IMG/VR virus record: IMGVR_UViG_3300037493_005292 | Span: 34,877 to 98,876 of that record | Direction: 5' to 3' (one strand) | DNA: 64,000 nt | Origin: a virus | Shown: positions 46,433 through 56,296 of the stretch, piece by piece | Layout of the letters: each line of letters begins with the position of its first letter | Position numbering within the stretch: the stretch's first letter is position 1 | Notes under the pieces: generated by a model | The model's database searches: none | What the model saw: only the letters and a program-made list of their open reading frames with translations | What the model was told of the DNA's origin: nothing | Position numbers and translations under genes: made by a program

Positions 46433-46500
46433 ACGCCCTCCTTTGTACATGAGCAACGTGATTACTGCTCATCTTCTTTTACCAAAAGTGGAGTGCTGAT

Positions 46501-49500
46501 ATGACTACGGAACTTACACCGCTATTGGTGCACCCCGACGTTAAGCGTGAAGCGATACGGCAAAAGGTTATTGAGGGTATTCACGAGTCTTTCCCGATGC
46601 GCTCGCGTAACAAGTTAGTTGAAATCACCGATGTGAAATTCACCCCCGAGAACTTCACATCGCGTGAACAAAAATCAGCTATCTTGCGCGGAGACACGCT
46701 GTTTGAGGCGGTAAAGGGAACAGTCGTTGTTAAGGACCGGGACTCGGGGCACGTCATTGATACGGCTAAAAATTTCTTGCTGGCTAAAGTACCGTGGTTT
46801 ACACCACGTCACACAGTGATAGTTGGCGGTAACGAGTATTCGATCTCGAGCATGGTTCGTCCAAAACCGGGGGTGTACACACGCAAGCGCGCCAACGGTG
46901 TTCTCGAAGCAAACTTCAACGTTGTTGGCACCAAGAATTTCAACATCACAATGGATCCTGAAAAGGGTGAGCCTGAGCTAGAGTACGACTCTACCCACAT
47001 TCCGCTATACCCAATCCTGCGCAAGTCGGGGCTATCACACGATCAGATTGCATCTGCGTGGGGGAGGCAACTGGCTGACGTAAACCAAACGCGTTTGATG
47101 AAAAACGCAGATGGTGCAGTCAGCAAGTTGTACACGAAAGCTGTTCCTGAGTATTTTCATAAGCCTGGGCTCTCGGCAGAAGAGAAAGCTCAAGAGATTT
47201 TTAGTCGTTATACCGGGGCGCACATGGACCCCGAAGTTAATAAGCAAACTCTTGGCGTGGCCCACAGCAAAATCACGCCGCACAGCCTGCTCGACGCGTC
47301 GTCGAAGATGCTAAAGATTTTCAGGAACGATGCAGAAGTTGATGACCGTGACAACCTTGATTTCAAGGTGATAAAGGGAATCGACGATTACTTTAAAGAG
47401 CGTATCAAGCTTGATGCGCGTGAAGTATCCAAGAAGGTTGCGATCAAGATTGACGCGCACCCTGACATTCGACAGGCCATTCCTACTGGCGTTTTTACGA
47501 AGGGTATTCTGCAGTTCATCAACAGCTCATCGCTGTCTACGGTCCCAACGCAAACCAACCCCATGGAGCTCGTGGACGCCGCACTTCGTATCACCGCGTT
47601 AGGTGAGGGCGGTATTGGTTCAGAGCGTGCCATTCCCATGGACGCACGGATGGTACATCCCACACAAATTGGCGCGCTGGACCCCGTGCGTACTCCTGAG
47701 TCGTTTGCTGCCGGCGTTGACGTCCGAGCTGCAATGATGGTCAAAAAGGACAAGGATGGAAACATCCATGTTCCTATGATCGACTTCAGAACTGGCAGAG
47801 GTAAGTATGTACGCGCCGGAGAGATCATCAGTAAGGTAGTAGCGTTCCCCACGACTACTCCGCTAAAAGGCAAAGTTGACGCGCTGGTAAACGGCGTTGT
47901 GCGTAAAGTAGATGTGTCGCAGGTGGACTACCAGTTGCCGCACCCGACTTCTATGTACAGCCCGGCGGCTAACCTGATTCCATTCTTAGAGTCGAACCAG
48001 GGTAACCGCTTAGTGATGGGGTCGAAGTACCAGACCCAAGCACTCTCACTGATTGACCGTGAAGAGCCGCATGTGCAGGTGATGTCGCAGTCAGGCAAGT
48101 CCTTTGAAGAGCTCATGGGCACTTTGATTAACCCCATAGCGTCTGTGACTGGGACGGTTTCTAAGATAGACGGGGACTTTGTACATATCCGTGCGGACAA
48201 GGACTATAAGACTGCCGCAAAAGAAGACATGCATCAGGTATCCTACGACACGTTTTTGCCGATGGCCGCGAAAACGTATTTACACCACACCCTCACGGTA
48301 AAAGAGGGTGACCGTGTTATTACAGGACAGTCGCTGGCTGACTCCAACTTTACCAAGAACGGCAAGTTGGCATTAGGCAAAAACTTGAGCGTCGCGTACA
48401 TGCCCTATTACGGTGACAACTCTAACGATGCAGTTGTCATTAGTGAAGGTGCAGCAAAGAAACTGACATCAGAGCGCATGTACAAGGTTGTTATCGACCG
48501 GGATCCTGACCTCACGTTTAACCGAGACAAACACCGAACGTACTATGGACATAATTACACGAAGGACCATTACGGTAAGCTCGATGAAGATGGAATCGTA
48601 AAACCCGGTACAGTCGTTATGCCAGGGGACATCGTAGTAGCTGGTCTGCGTAAGTCATTGATGACTTCAGACGACATACTTCTCGGACGTTTGCATAAGT
48701 CTCTAGCGCGCCCGTACCGCGAGAGTACTGAATCTTGGGATCATGAGCATGCTGGAGAAGTGGTCGATGTAGTCAAGACGCCAAAACGTTATGCACTCAC
48801 GATTAGAACCAAAGAACCGATGACAATCGGAGATAAAATCGCTGGGCGGTTCGGGGATAAGGGAGTGGTATCCCGAATTATCCCAGATTCGCAGATGGTC
48901 AAAGATGAAAGCGGGAAGCCTATTGATGTTATCGTGACATCTGCTGGCGTAGTTGGACGTATTAACCCAGCGCAGATTCTTGAAGGTGCGCTAGGCAAAG
49001 TTGTCGAAAAGACGGGTAAACCGATCCTAATAGAGAACCTTACTGGGCGTAATAACGTACAGTATGTCCGCGGGATTTTAAAAGAGCACGGTATCAAAGA
49101 CAAAGAAACCGTATATGACCCAATCGCGGATAAGCAGATACCGAATGTGTTCGTTGGCAATCGGTACATGCTGAAGCTGTTTAAGTCTACAGATACTAAT
49201 TACGACGCTAGAGGTATTGGGAGCTACGACGCAAACATGCAGCCTACGAAGGGCGGCGTGATGAGCTCTAAGGCGCTAGGCAAGATGGAGTTTGATGCTC
49301 TTGTAGCGCATAACGCACGCAGCGTGTTGCAAGAGGTTGTTACGCTGAAGAGCCAAAAAAACGATGAGTACTGGCGTGCATTACAGTTGGGTCTACCTGC
49401 GCCCCCACCAAAGACTACCTTCGCATCTAATAAGTTCTTGAACATGCTTACGGGTGCTGGCGTACGCGTTGACCGTAAGGGGAGCAAGATCTCATTAGCG

Positions 49501-52359
49501 CCCCTAACAGACAAAGACATCATGCAGATGTCGTCGGGAGCTATTACTGAGGCTAAGCTCGTACGTGCCAAAGATTTGATGCCTGAGAAGAATGGGTTGT
49601 TTGACCCAGTCATTACGGGCGGAGTCCGCGGGGAGAAGTGGTCGCACATTGAGCTAGCGGAGCCGATTGTCAATCCCATGTTCGTAGACCCAGTACGCCG
49701 TTTACTGGGCATGAACAACGCACAGCTAGTTCAAACCATCCGTGAAAAGGGTGGAGCGCACATAAAGACGGAGTTGGGTAAGATCGACTTGTCTGAAAAA
49801 GAGCGCGAGCTTCTGAATAAGACCAAGACGCTGACTGGAGCGTCGTTGGATAACGCGGTAAAACAGATCAAGTACATTCGTGCGTTGAAGTCGCAAAACC
49901 TCCGACCCGGAGATGCGTACGTCGTATCAAAAGTCCCCGTAGTTCCTCCGGTCATCCGTCCTGTTCTGCCCAGCAAGGGCGGGCAAGAGCTCATGTACGG
50001 GGACATCAATCCGCTGTACCGCGATCTCATCTACGTGAACAATCAGCTCAAAGAGCTGAAAGAGTCGGGGAAACTTCCTGAAGAAGAAGCCAAGCTCCGA
50101 GATACCCTGCACGGCGCCGTAGGTGCGGTGTACGGTACGAACGAGCCGATTACGCAGAAGTCCCAGGCGCGTGGTCACAAGGGTTTTCTGACGTACATCG
50201 CGGGAGTTGGCAGTCCCAAGTTTGGGTACTTCCAGAAAAAGCTCATGTCGAGGTCGCAGGATGTCACGGGTCGCGGCACCATCGTCCCGGATAGCACGCT
50301 TGGAATCGACGAGGTTGGTCTTCCCGAGAACATGATCTGGGGGATGTATGAACCCTTCCTCATCCGTAATCTGGTACGCCAGGGTTACCCCGCGCTCCAG
50401 GCGCGAGACATGGTGAAGGACAAACATCCTGCTGCTCGAGACTCAATGCTGCGGGAGATCAAAGAGCGGCCGGTCATGATTAACCGCGCGCCAACGCTGC
50501 ACCGGTACAACATCATCGGGGCTTATCCGGTTCCAGTCCCGGGTAAAACAATTCGCACGAGCCCATTCCTAGAGGTGGGAATGAACGCCGACTACGACGG
50601 TGACTGTGCTGATTGTACCCTAGATATCGGTACTTGCGTAGGCACGCGGCTTGTACTACAACGTCTCCACATCGGGGATTTCCCCCACAACGAGGAGACG
50701 AAGAAAGTGACTGGAAACAAAGAGCTCTACGAAGTCCCGGCGAACACGTTTGTCTTTGGATACAGCGAGAAGAACCAGCGAGTGCAACTTTGCGAGGTGT
50801 CGCACTTCTCCGTGCACCACGACTTGGAGATGCTAACCGTCACACTGGCTAGCGGGAGATCAGTCAAGGTTTCGCGCGACGCCAGCATGTTTGGGATGAA
50901 CCCCCTGACCGGTGAGCTATCACGCTTCAAAGCGGAGGACGGAATCGGCTGGGGAACACCCAAACCCCGCAAGTTGTACGTAGAGCAAAAGAAGGAGTAC
51001 TTGCGTCCCAGCCAGGATGCCCCCGACATGCTTAAAGTGCCGGTCGACTTTAACTTAGGCTGGGTGCTTGGCGCGTGGGCGGGTGACGGCTGGGTTGGCT
51101 ACAAGGATGCGGAGACAACGCGCTACATCGGACTGGCAAAAATTGATCCGATGGTGCGGCATACCTTTGCACAGCGCATGGACCGCTATAAGGAAAACGC
51201 GAGTATCAGAGAGTACACCGCGACCCACGCGTTTGGCGGCGGAGCATATCAGTCCACCAAGATGCACTTGAACGATACGGGTTTGGCAACCTGGTTCGCG
51301 GATGTCACAGAAGGTATCCGGGGTTCCAAGAAGAAGAAACTCCCAAGTTGGTTCATGCATGGTAAAGAGGACTTCCTTCTAGGGCTCCTGAGTGGGCTAT
51401 TGGACACAGACGGTACGGTGTGTAGCGTCCAAGCTAAGGCCAAAAACAAACCACAGATAATGGCCACGTATCACTCGATATCCCGTGACCTAGCGGTAGA
51501 CGTGTCCACCCTCCTGTGCCTCTTGGGTGTAAAGTCGCGCATTCATCCGTACACTAAAAAAGAAAGCATGGAGACGTATTACAACGTAGTAATCTCCGTG
51601 CCGGACCTACAGCGCATTGCGGGGCAGTTGGAGCTAGCTACCAAGGACAAAGCACAAGTCTTGGAAGAGCTCGCCAAAAACCCCTATAACATGGACGCCG
51701 CGGAAAACTCCCGGTGGGACATGGTTCCGATTTTGCCGAAGATTGCCAAAGCTCTCGCGCAGGCTAATGGCGCTCCCAAGGTGGCTACTGGGGACATGAG
51801 CCCCGAGAACCTGGCGCGTAAGCAGGTTTCTACGACGTATTCCTCGCTGATCCAGGCGGTTAAGCGGGGGCGGCTGAGCCGGTCAACTCTGAACGTCCTG
51901 CGTAAACGTATCGGCGACGATATCGTGCGTGCTATCAGCGGCGACGCATGGTTCAACAACGTCACGAACGAAGAGATCCTGTGGGATTTCGTTGAGACGG
52001 TTACTTCTATTCCTGGCAGGCATACTGCCTGGGATCTCACCGTGCCGGACGGCTGTACGTTCATGACAAGCGAGCAGATTATTGTCTATGACACCCTTAT
52101 GGTTCACGCCCCCGTGTCGCAAAAGGCCATCGAAGATGTCAAGAAGATGACGCTTTCGAACCTTCTCTACGGCGACAAGTCCAAAGACGACTTGCTGGCA
52201 GTTCCCAGGCACGAGGCCATGATGGGAATTGCACACGCGTCCAGCGCGGACGACAGAGAACCCACCAAGGTTTTTGCAAATCGGGCTGACCTCATGAAGG
52301 ACTACGCTGCTGGTAAGATTGGGATGGGCACACGCATCCAAATTAAGGACAGCAAATGA
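46501..52359 (+). CDS. Phage multisubunit RNA polymerase: beta fused to the N-terminal half of beta', intein-containing
   Basis: Beta motifs 'RTPES', 'NRLVMGSKYQTQA', 'GDKIAGRFGDKGVV', 'LGKMEFDAL'. Beta' motifs 'GLFDP', 'HIEL', 'PVVPPVIRP', 'NRAPTLH' and catalytic 'NADYDGD'. Confidence 0.92.
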   Translation: MTTELTPLLVHPDVKREAIRQKVIEGIHESFPMRSRNKLVEITDVKFTPENFTSREQKSAILRGDTLFEAVKGTVVVKDRDSGHVIDTAKNFLLAKVPWFTPRHTVIVGGNEYSISSMVRPKPGVYTRKRANGVLEANFNVVGTKNFNITMDPEKGEPELEYDSTHIPLYPILRKSGLSHDQIASAWGRQLADVNQTRLMKNADGAVSKLYTKAVPEYFHKPGLSAEEKAQEIFSRYTGAHMDPEVNKQTLGVAHSKITPHSLLDASSKMLKIFRNDAEVDDRDNLDFKVIKGIDDYFKERIKLDAREVSKKVAIKIDAHPDIRQAIPTGVFTKGILQFINSSSLSTVPTQTNPMELVDAALRITALGEGGIGSERAIPMDARMVHPTQIGALDPVRTPESFAAGVDVRAAMMVKKDKDGNIHVPMIDFRTGRGKYVRAGEIISKVVAFPTTTPLKGKVDALVNGVVRKVDVSQVDYQLPHPTSMYSPAANLIPFLESNQGNRLVMGSKYQTQALSLIDREEPHVQVMSQSGKSFEELMGTLINPIASVTGTVSKIDGDFVHIRADKDYKTAAKEDMHQVSYDTFLPMAAKTYLHHTLTVKEGDRVITGQSLADSNFTKNGKLALGKNLSVAYMPYYGDNSNDAVVISEGAAKKLTSERMYKVVIDRDPDLTFNRDKHRTYYGHNYTKDHYGKLDEDGIVKPGTVVMPGDIVVAGLRKSLMTSDDILLGRLHKSLARPYRESTESWDHEHAGEVVDVVKTPKRYALTIRTKEPMTIGDKIAGRFGDKGVVSRIIPDSQMVKDESGKPIDVIVTSAGVVGRINPAQILEGALGKVVEKTGKPILIENLTGRNNVQYVRGILKEHGIKDKETVYDPIADKQIPNVFVGNRYMLKLFKSTDTNYDARGIGSYDANMQPTKGGVMSSKALGKMEFDALVAHNARSVLQEVVTLKSQKNDEYWRALQLGLPAPPPKTTFASNKFLNMLTGAGVRVDRKGSKISLAPLTDKDIMQMSSGAITEAKLVRAKDLMPEKNGLFDPVITGGVRGEKWSHIELAEPIVNPMFVDPVRRLLGMNNAQLVQTIREKGGAHIKTELGKIDLSEKERELLNKTKTLTGASLDNAVKQIKYIRALKSQNLRPGDAYVVSKVPVVPPVIRPVLPSKGGQELMYGDINPLYRDLIYVNNQLKELKESGKLPEEEAKLRDTLHGAVGAVYGTNEPITQKSQARGHKGFLTYIAGVGSPKFGYFQKKLMSRSQDVTGRGTIVPDSTLGIDEVGLPENMIWGMYEPFLIRNLVRQGYPALQARDMVKDKHPAARDSMLREIKERPVMINRAPTLHRYNIIGAYPVPVPGKTIRTSPFLEVGMNADYDGDCADCTLDIGTCVGTRLVLQRLHIGDFPHNEETKKVTGNKELYEVPANTFVFGYSEKNQRVQLCEVSHFSVHHDLEMLTVTLASGRSVKVSRDASMFGMNPLTGELSRFKAEDGIGWGTPKPRKLYVEQKKEYLRPSQDAPDMLKVPVDFNLGWVLGAWAGDGWVGYKDAETTRYIGLAKIDPMVRHTFAQRMDRYKENASIREYTATHAFGGGAYQSTKMHLNDTGLATWFADVTEGIRGSKKKKLPSWFMHGKEDFLLGLLSGLLDTDGTVCSVQAKAKNKPQIMATYHSISRDLAVDVSTLLCLLGVKSRIHPYTKKESMETYYNVVISVPDLQRIAGQLELATKDKAQVLEELAKNPYNMDAAENSRWDMVPILPKIAKALAQANGAPKVATGDMSPENLARKQVSTTYSSLIQAVKRGRLSRSTLNVLRKRIGDDIVRAISGDAWFNNVTNEEILWDFVETVTSIPGRHTAWDLTVPDGCTFMTSEQIIVYDTLMVHAPVSQKAIEDVKKMTLSNLLYGDKSKDDLLAVPRHEAMMGIAHASSADDREPTKVFANRADLMKDYAAGKIGMGTRIQIKDSK
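50605..52092 (+). mobile_element. Intein with in-frame LAGLIDADG endonuclease at the RNAP catalytic motif (496 aa, ends Tyr-Asp)
   Basis: Starts at Cys right after NADYDGD. LAGLIDADG motifs 'LGAWAGDG' and 'LSGLLDTDG'; block F 'AWDLTVPDGCTF'. Ends 'IIVYD' before Thr, and excision gives NADYDGD-TLMVH. Confidence 0.88.
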
Positions 52360-53873
52360 CGTCACCAGTACTAATCGACAACGCTGCGACCGGTCAGAAG
52401 CTCACGAAGCAAGATGTTGTCGATTATTACAATGCGCCGCACATCCGTAAAGGTATCTTGGCGGGGATGTACGGAGACGGCGTATTAACGGTGATGCAGC
52501 GCGAGCCTGGAAAGCCCATATACAGGCGGTATCTGGCCAAGGACCGTCCGATAGAGCTCCGTACTCCAGCGCACATGGAGCAGCTTACTAACCAGCGAAC
52601 AGTGGAGATTCACCCGAGCGTCGGGGCGTCCACCAACGTTCTCTGGGTAGACCTCGATCCTGGAGAACACGTTGACCTCGATACTACCAAGGACACGGTC
52701 AGGCAAGTACACAGTCTGATGCGTACGCTGCCCGACGTGGTACATACGGATATTGCATTTTCTGGTGGTCGGGGTTTTTACGTTCGCTCGTTCCTGTCTT
52801 CTCCGATGAACACGGACAAAGCGCGTATGTTGCTCACGTCGAAACTCTCTCCGTTGGTGAATAGCGACGCAAAGTTGACTATGGAACCTCCTGGAAAGGG
52901 TCAGATACGTTTAGACGTTTCTACGCTGCACGATAAGGGCTCGATTCGCGCGCTTTACTCGCTCAATGCAGCCACAGGACTTGCGTCTGTTCCGGTAAAA
53001 ACACGGGAACTGGACGAGTTCAATCCACACGTAGACGCGGATCCTAGACGTCTCTTGTCTGACAAAAAAATCTCGGAATTTGCTCCTGGAATTCCAAAAG
53101 CACGGGTTACGCACCCGCTTCCAGAGGGCTCTGGGCACTCGTGGACGATGTCCGTGCAGCACCACAATGCCGATAAAGCCGGACCCCACTGGGATTTACG
53201 CTTAGTAGACCCCGAGACATCCCACGCGCATTCGTGGGCAATACCGCGTGCGAATTTCCCCCCTCCAGGGGAACGACCGTATTTGGCGATTAGAACACCT
53301 ACGCACTCGGCGGAGTACGCGCTGAATTTTGGTCAAGATGGTCCACGAGTAATCGGCGCTGGATACGGTAAAGGGACTGTTGAGATAAAGCACAAGGAAC
53401 CCGTCAAAGTTATTTCAACATCCCCGCGTGCTATAAAATTTGAACGGACTCTTGAAGGTGGTTCAAAAGAGCAGTATGCGCTGTTCCACACCCATTCCGA
53501 TAAGTGGTTGTTACGAAACACCACTAGACAGGATGAACCCGTGAATTTTGCAAAAGAAGCCTTCATGCTCGGATATGCTACAGCGTTGGAGAAGCTGGGT
53601 GTGGGTACCTCAGGTACATCAGGACAGTCGGGAAAGAACGTGTCGCATTCTATGTCGACCAACCCACTGGAAATGGGGGACGAGAATCTGCCCGCAGGTC
53701 AGCTTGCGTCGGCACTCTCGCAGTTACAAGAGCCCAGTCAGACGAACACCATGAAGAATGAAGAGTCGGCGGAAGACCGTTTGAATCGGGATATCAGCTG
53801 GTCAGAGCCTGTCACGATGCCTACGGATTCTGGCCGGCAAGGTGCTTCGGCGGTTATACCTGGAGCGTTCTGA
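52356..53873 (+). CDS. LigD-like protein: primase-polymerase (AEP) domain plus 3'-phosphoesterase domain, no ligase domain
   Basis: Pol domain 'LTKQDVVDYY', 'VEIH', 'DLDPG', 'FSGGRGF'. PE domain 'QHH..PHWDLRL', 'SWAIP', 'LAIRTPTH..Y', 'GYGKG'. Confidence 0.8.
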   Translation: MTSPVLIDNAATGQKLTKQDVVDYYNAPHIRKGILAGMYGDGVLTVMQREPGKPIYRRYLAKDRPIELRTPAHMEQLTNQRTVEIHPSVGASTNVLWVDLDPGEHVDLDTTKDTVRQVHSLMRTLPDVVHTDIAFSGGRGFYVRSFLSSPMNTDKARMLLTSKLSPLVNSDAKLTMEPPGKGQIRLDVSTLHDKGSIRALYSLNAATGLASVPVKTRELDEFNPHVDADPRRLLSDKKISEFAPGIPKARVTHPLPEGSGHSWTMSVQHHNADKAGPHWDLRLVDPETSHAHSWAIPRANFPPPGERPYLAIRTPTHSAEYALNFGQDGPRVIGAGYGKGTVEIKHKEPVKVISTSPRAIKFERTLEGGSKEQYALFHTHSDKWLLRNTTRQDEPVNFAKEAFMLGYATALEKLGVGTSGTSGQSGKNVSHSMSTNPLEMGDENLPAGQLASALSQLQEPSQTNTMKNEESAEDRLNRDISWSEPVTMPTDSGRQGASAVIPGAF

Positions 53874-55678
53874 TGGCTGGGACTGAGGAACAGACGTTTG
53901 GAAAGTTCTTGCTTAACGAGGCGTTGCCCCCGGGCTATAAGGCGACTGGACCTCTTACCAGCAAGAATTTTTCATCGATGATGTCGCGTATGGCGCACGA
54001 TGACCCACGTCTATATGCGCAGGTTGTTCCTCATTTGAAACGGGTAGGGGACTCGATCGCTACTACTGAGGGGTTATCAATTGGGCTCGATGACATTGAG
54101 CCTGATTATAAAACTCGGGATGCTGCGCTAGCCCCACATATTAAAAAGTTTGACGCGGCTACCAACGACACTGCCCGTAAAGCGATAGTCGAAGACGCTC
54201 AGTCTTACATGCAGAACAACGCCATGGAACACAAAGGAACCATGACGCAGCAAGTAAAGAGTGGCTCACGTGGTAAGGCGGTGCAGTATACCGCAATCGT
54301 ATCTACTCCTACGTATGCTCGAGATGGACGTGGCAGCACAGAACCTTGGCTTATCCGTCACTCATACAGTGAGGGGTTGCATCCGTCTGAAAACTGGATT
54401 GCAGGTAACGAAGCAATCCTGAACACTATCAAATCAAGAACGTCGATCGCTGAGCCTGGTGAAATTTCCAAGATCCTCATTAACAACCTGTCTGATATCA
54501 TCATTACGGAGTCAGACTGTGGTACACACAATGGCATCCAAATGGACCCGCGTAATCCCGACGTTGTTGATCGTTTTCTGGCTAAAGCGACGCAAGGCTT
54601 TCCGTACAACACCCTGATAACGCCGCTCAATCAACCAAAGCTTATTGCCTCTGCTCCTAAAGTTTTGGTTAGGTCTCCAATGACGTGCGAAGCAGGCGAC
54701 GGTGTTTGTCAAAAATGCCAGGGTCTCAATGAAAAAGGTGCGATTCACGACGTTGGCACAAACATCGGAGTGCGCGCGGCACAGGCGATGTCTGAGCCGT
54801 TGACGCAGTTTGCGCTCAACGTTAGACACGGCGTACGAATTGCAGCGGATGATCGTCTACAGGTAGGTGGTATTTCAGGACTCCGCCAAATCATGGAGTC
54901 CCCTCAGCAGTTCATAAATAAGTCCACGTTGTCTTCCATTCCAGGTAAGGTCACAAAGATAGAAGAGGCACCTCAAGGTGGCCATTTTGTTTACGTGAAT
55001 ACCGTGCAGTTTTACGTAACTCCCAATTTGAAGGTCATCGTAAAAATCGGTGATTACGTAGAACCCGGGGACATGCTCAGTGAGGGAATTCCGAAACCAG
55101 ACGAAGTCGTAAAGTACAAGGGTCTCGGACACGGGCGGCAGTACATTGTCGATTCTCTAAAGAAACTGTATATCGGCCAGGGCAAGGACATGGACCAACG
55201 CCACTTCGAGATATTGGCCAAGGGGGAACTCAACCATGTCAGAATTATTAACGACCCTAGCAGTACGTTTCTAAACGGCGACATCATTAGTTATAACGCT
55301 CTCCGTGCTTCCATAGGCAAGAACATCAAAATCGTCCCTACTGAAGATGCGCTCGGAGAAACTCTGGGTAAGGAGTACCTGGGATACTCAGTAGGAACGC
55401 GCATCACGCCACCGGCAATAAAGTTTCTAAAGGAACGCGGTGTGAAAGAGGTTGTTGTGGCTCCACGAGCTCCTGAAGTAGAGTTTGTGATGAAGCCTGC
55501 GACGCGTGCTCCGCTGCTCAATCCGGACTGGCTAGCACGGCTAGCACATCGTAGTTTGAAGACCACGCTTCAGCAGGCGGCGCATTTTGGTGAAGTCTCG
55601 GACATACACGGAACCCACCCGGTCCCCGCATACGTATTTGGTGTAGAATTTGGCCAAGGCGAAAAGGGACGATACTAA
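53873..55678 (+). CDS. RNA polymerase beta' C-terminal subunit
   Basis: 'SGSRG', 'SYSEGL', 'DCGT', 'RSPMTC..GVCQKC', 'IGVRAAQAMSEPLTQFAL', 'RHFEIL'. Confidence 0.9.
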   Translation: MAGTEEQTFGKFLLNEALPPGYKATGPLTSKNFSSMMSRMAHDDPRLYAQVVPHLKRVGDSIATTEGLSIGLDDIEPDYKTRDAALAPHIKKFDAATNDTARKAIVEDAQSYMQNNAMEHKGTMTQQVKSGSRGKAVQYTAIVSTPTYARDGRGSTEPWLIRHSYSEGLHPSENWIAGNEAILNTIKSRTSIAEPGEISKILINNLSDIIITESDCGTHNGIQMDPRNPDVVDRFLAKATQGFPYNTLITPLNQPKLIASAPKVLVRSPMTCEAGDGVCQKCQGLNEKGAIHDVGTNIGVRAAQAMSEPLTQFALNVRHGVRIAADDRLQVGGISGLRQIMESPQQFINKSTLSSIPGKVTKIEEAPQGGHFVYVNTVQFYVTPNLKVIVKIGDYVEPGDMLSEGIPKPDEVVKYKGLGHGRQYIVDSLKKLYIGQGKDMDQRHFEILAKGELNHVRIINDPSSTFLNGDIISYNALRASIGKNIKIVPTEDALGETLGKEYLGYSVGTRITPPAIKFLKERGVKEVVVAPRAPEVEFVMKPATRAPLLNPDWLARLAHRSLKTTLQQAAHFGEVSDIHGTHPVPAYVFGVEFGQGEKGRY

Positions 55679-56254
55679 ATGCAAGACGCGTACGAAGCTG
55701 GAGTAGTAGCAGGTTTCCAAAGTCTCGGTTTGGAGAAGGAAGCTGCAGGTTTTGCCGCAAGAGCTATTCCGAAAGCTATCCGATTTGCCAAAGATGTTGG
55801 TACGTCCATCTACGGACAGCCCCTGAAATTTATCCACCAACTTCGACGTGGCACAGCGATGGCTCCTGGCAGTGTTTTACGTGAAGGGTTTTTTCCAAAA
55901 AGTGGTTTAGGAAAGGCTCTCACTTGGGGTATCCCAGCTGCGATGGCCCTTCCAGTCATAAAAGGAAATGACCCAGATAAAGCAGAACAACTGGGTGGTT
56001 TGGCTATCGGTTCTGCTTTAAGCAATGTGGCGTTTGGACCGCTAGGGGGACTGGGAGCGTCTTTGTTGTACGGGCCGGGGGAAGCTATCGGTAAGAAAGT
56101 AGTAGGGTTAGGACGCGGGATCCTGGGTAAACCTGCCGCAACTCCCCTACCACCTAGGCATATGTCGCAGAATCAGTACTACGCAGCGTACCAAAGGCAG
56201 CAGCATCCTGATAATATTCAGGAACCATCAAGCGGTCCCTATGTAGGAAACTGA
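55679..56254 (+). CDS. Hypothetical Gly-rich protein, putative virion internal protein
   Basis: N-terminal 'DAYEAGVVAGFQSLGLEKEA' followed by hydrophobic Gly-rich segments. Confidence 0.6.
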   Translation: MQDAYEAGVVAGFQSLGLEKEAAGFAARAIPKAIRFAKDVGTSIYGQPLKFIHQLRRGTAMAPGSVLREGFFPKSGLGKALTWGIPAAMALPVIKGNDPDKAEQLGGLAIGSALSNVAFGPLGGLGASLLYGPGEAIGKKVVGLGRGILGKPAATPLPPRHMSQNQYYAAYQRQQHPDNIQEPSSGPYVGN

Positions 56255-56296
56255 AAACCGCGTATATTTACGGCGGACTAAACGGAGAACCCCTGG

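Noticed and set aside
46501-55678. Bacterial chromosomal rpoB/rpoC locus
   Set aside because: The sequence is divergent and abnormally split, and is flanked by portal and head genes rather than ribosomal protein genes.
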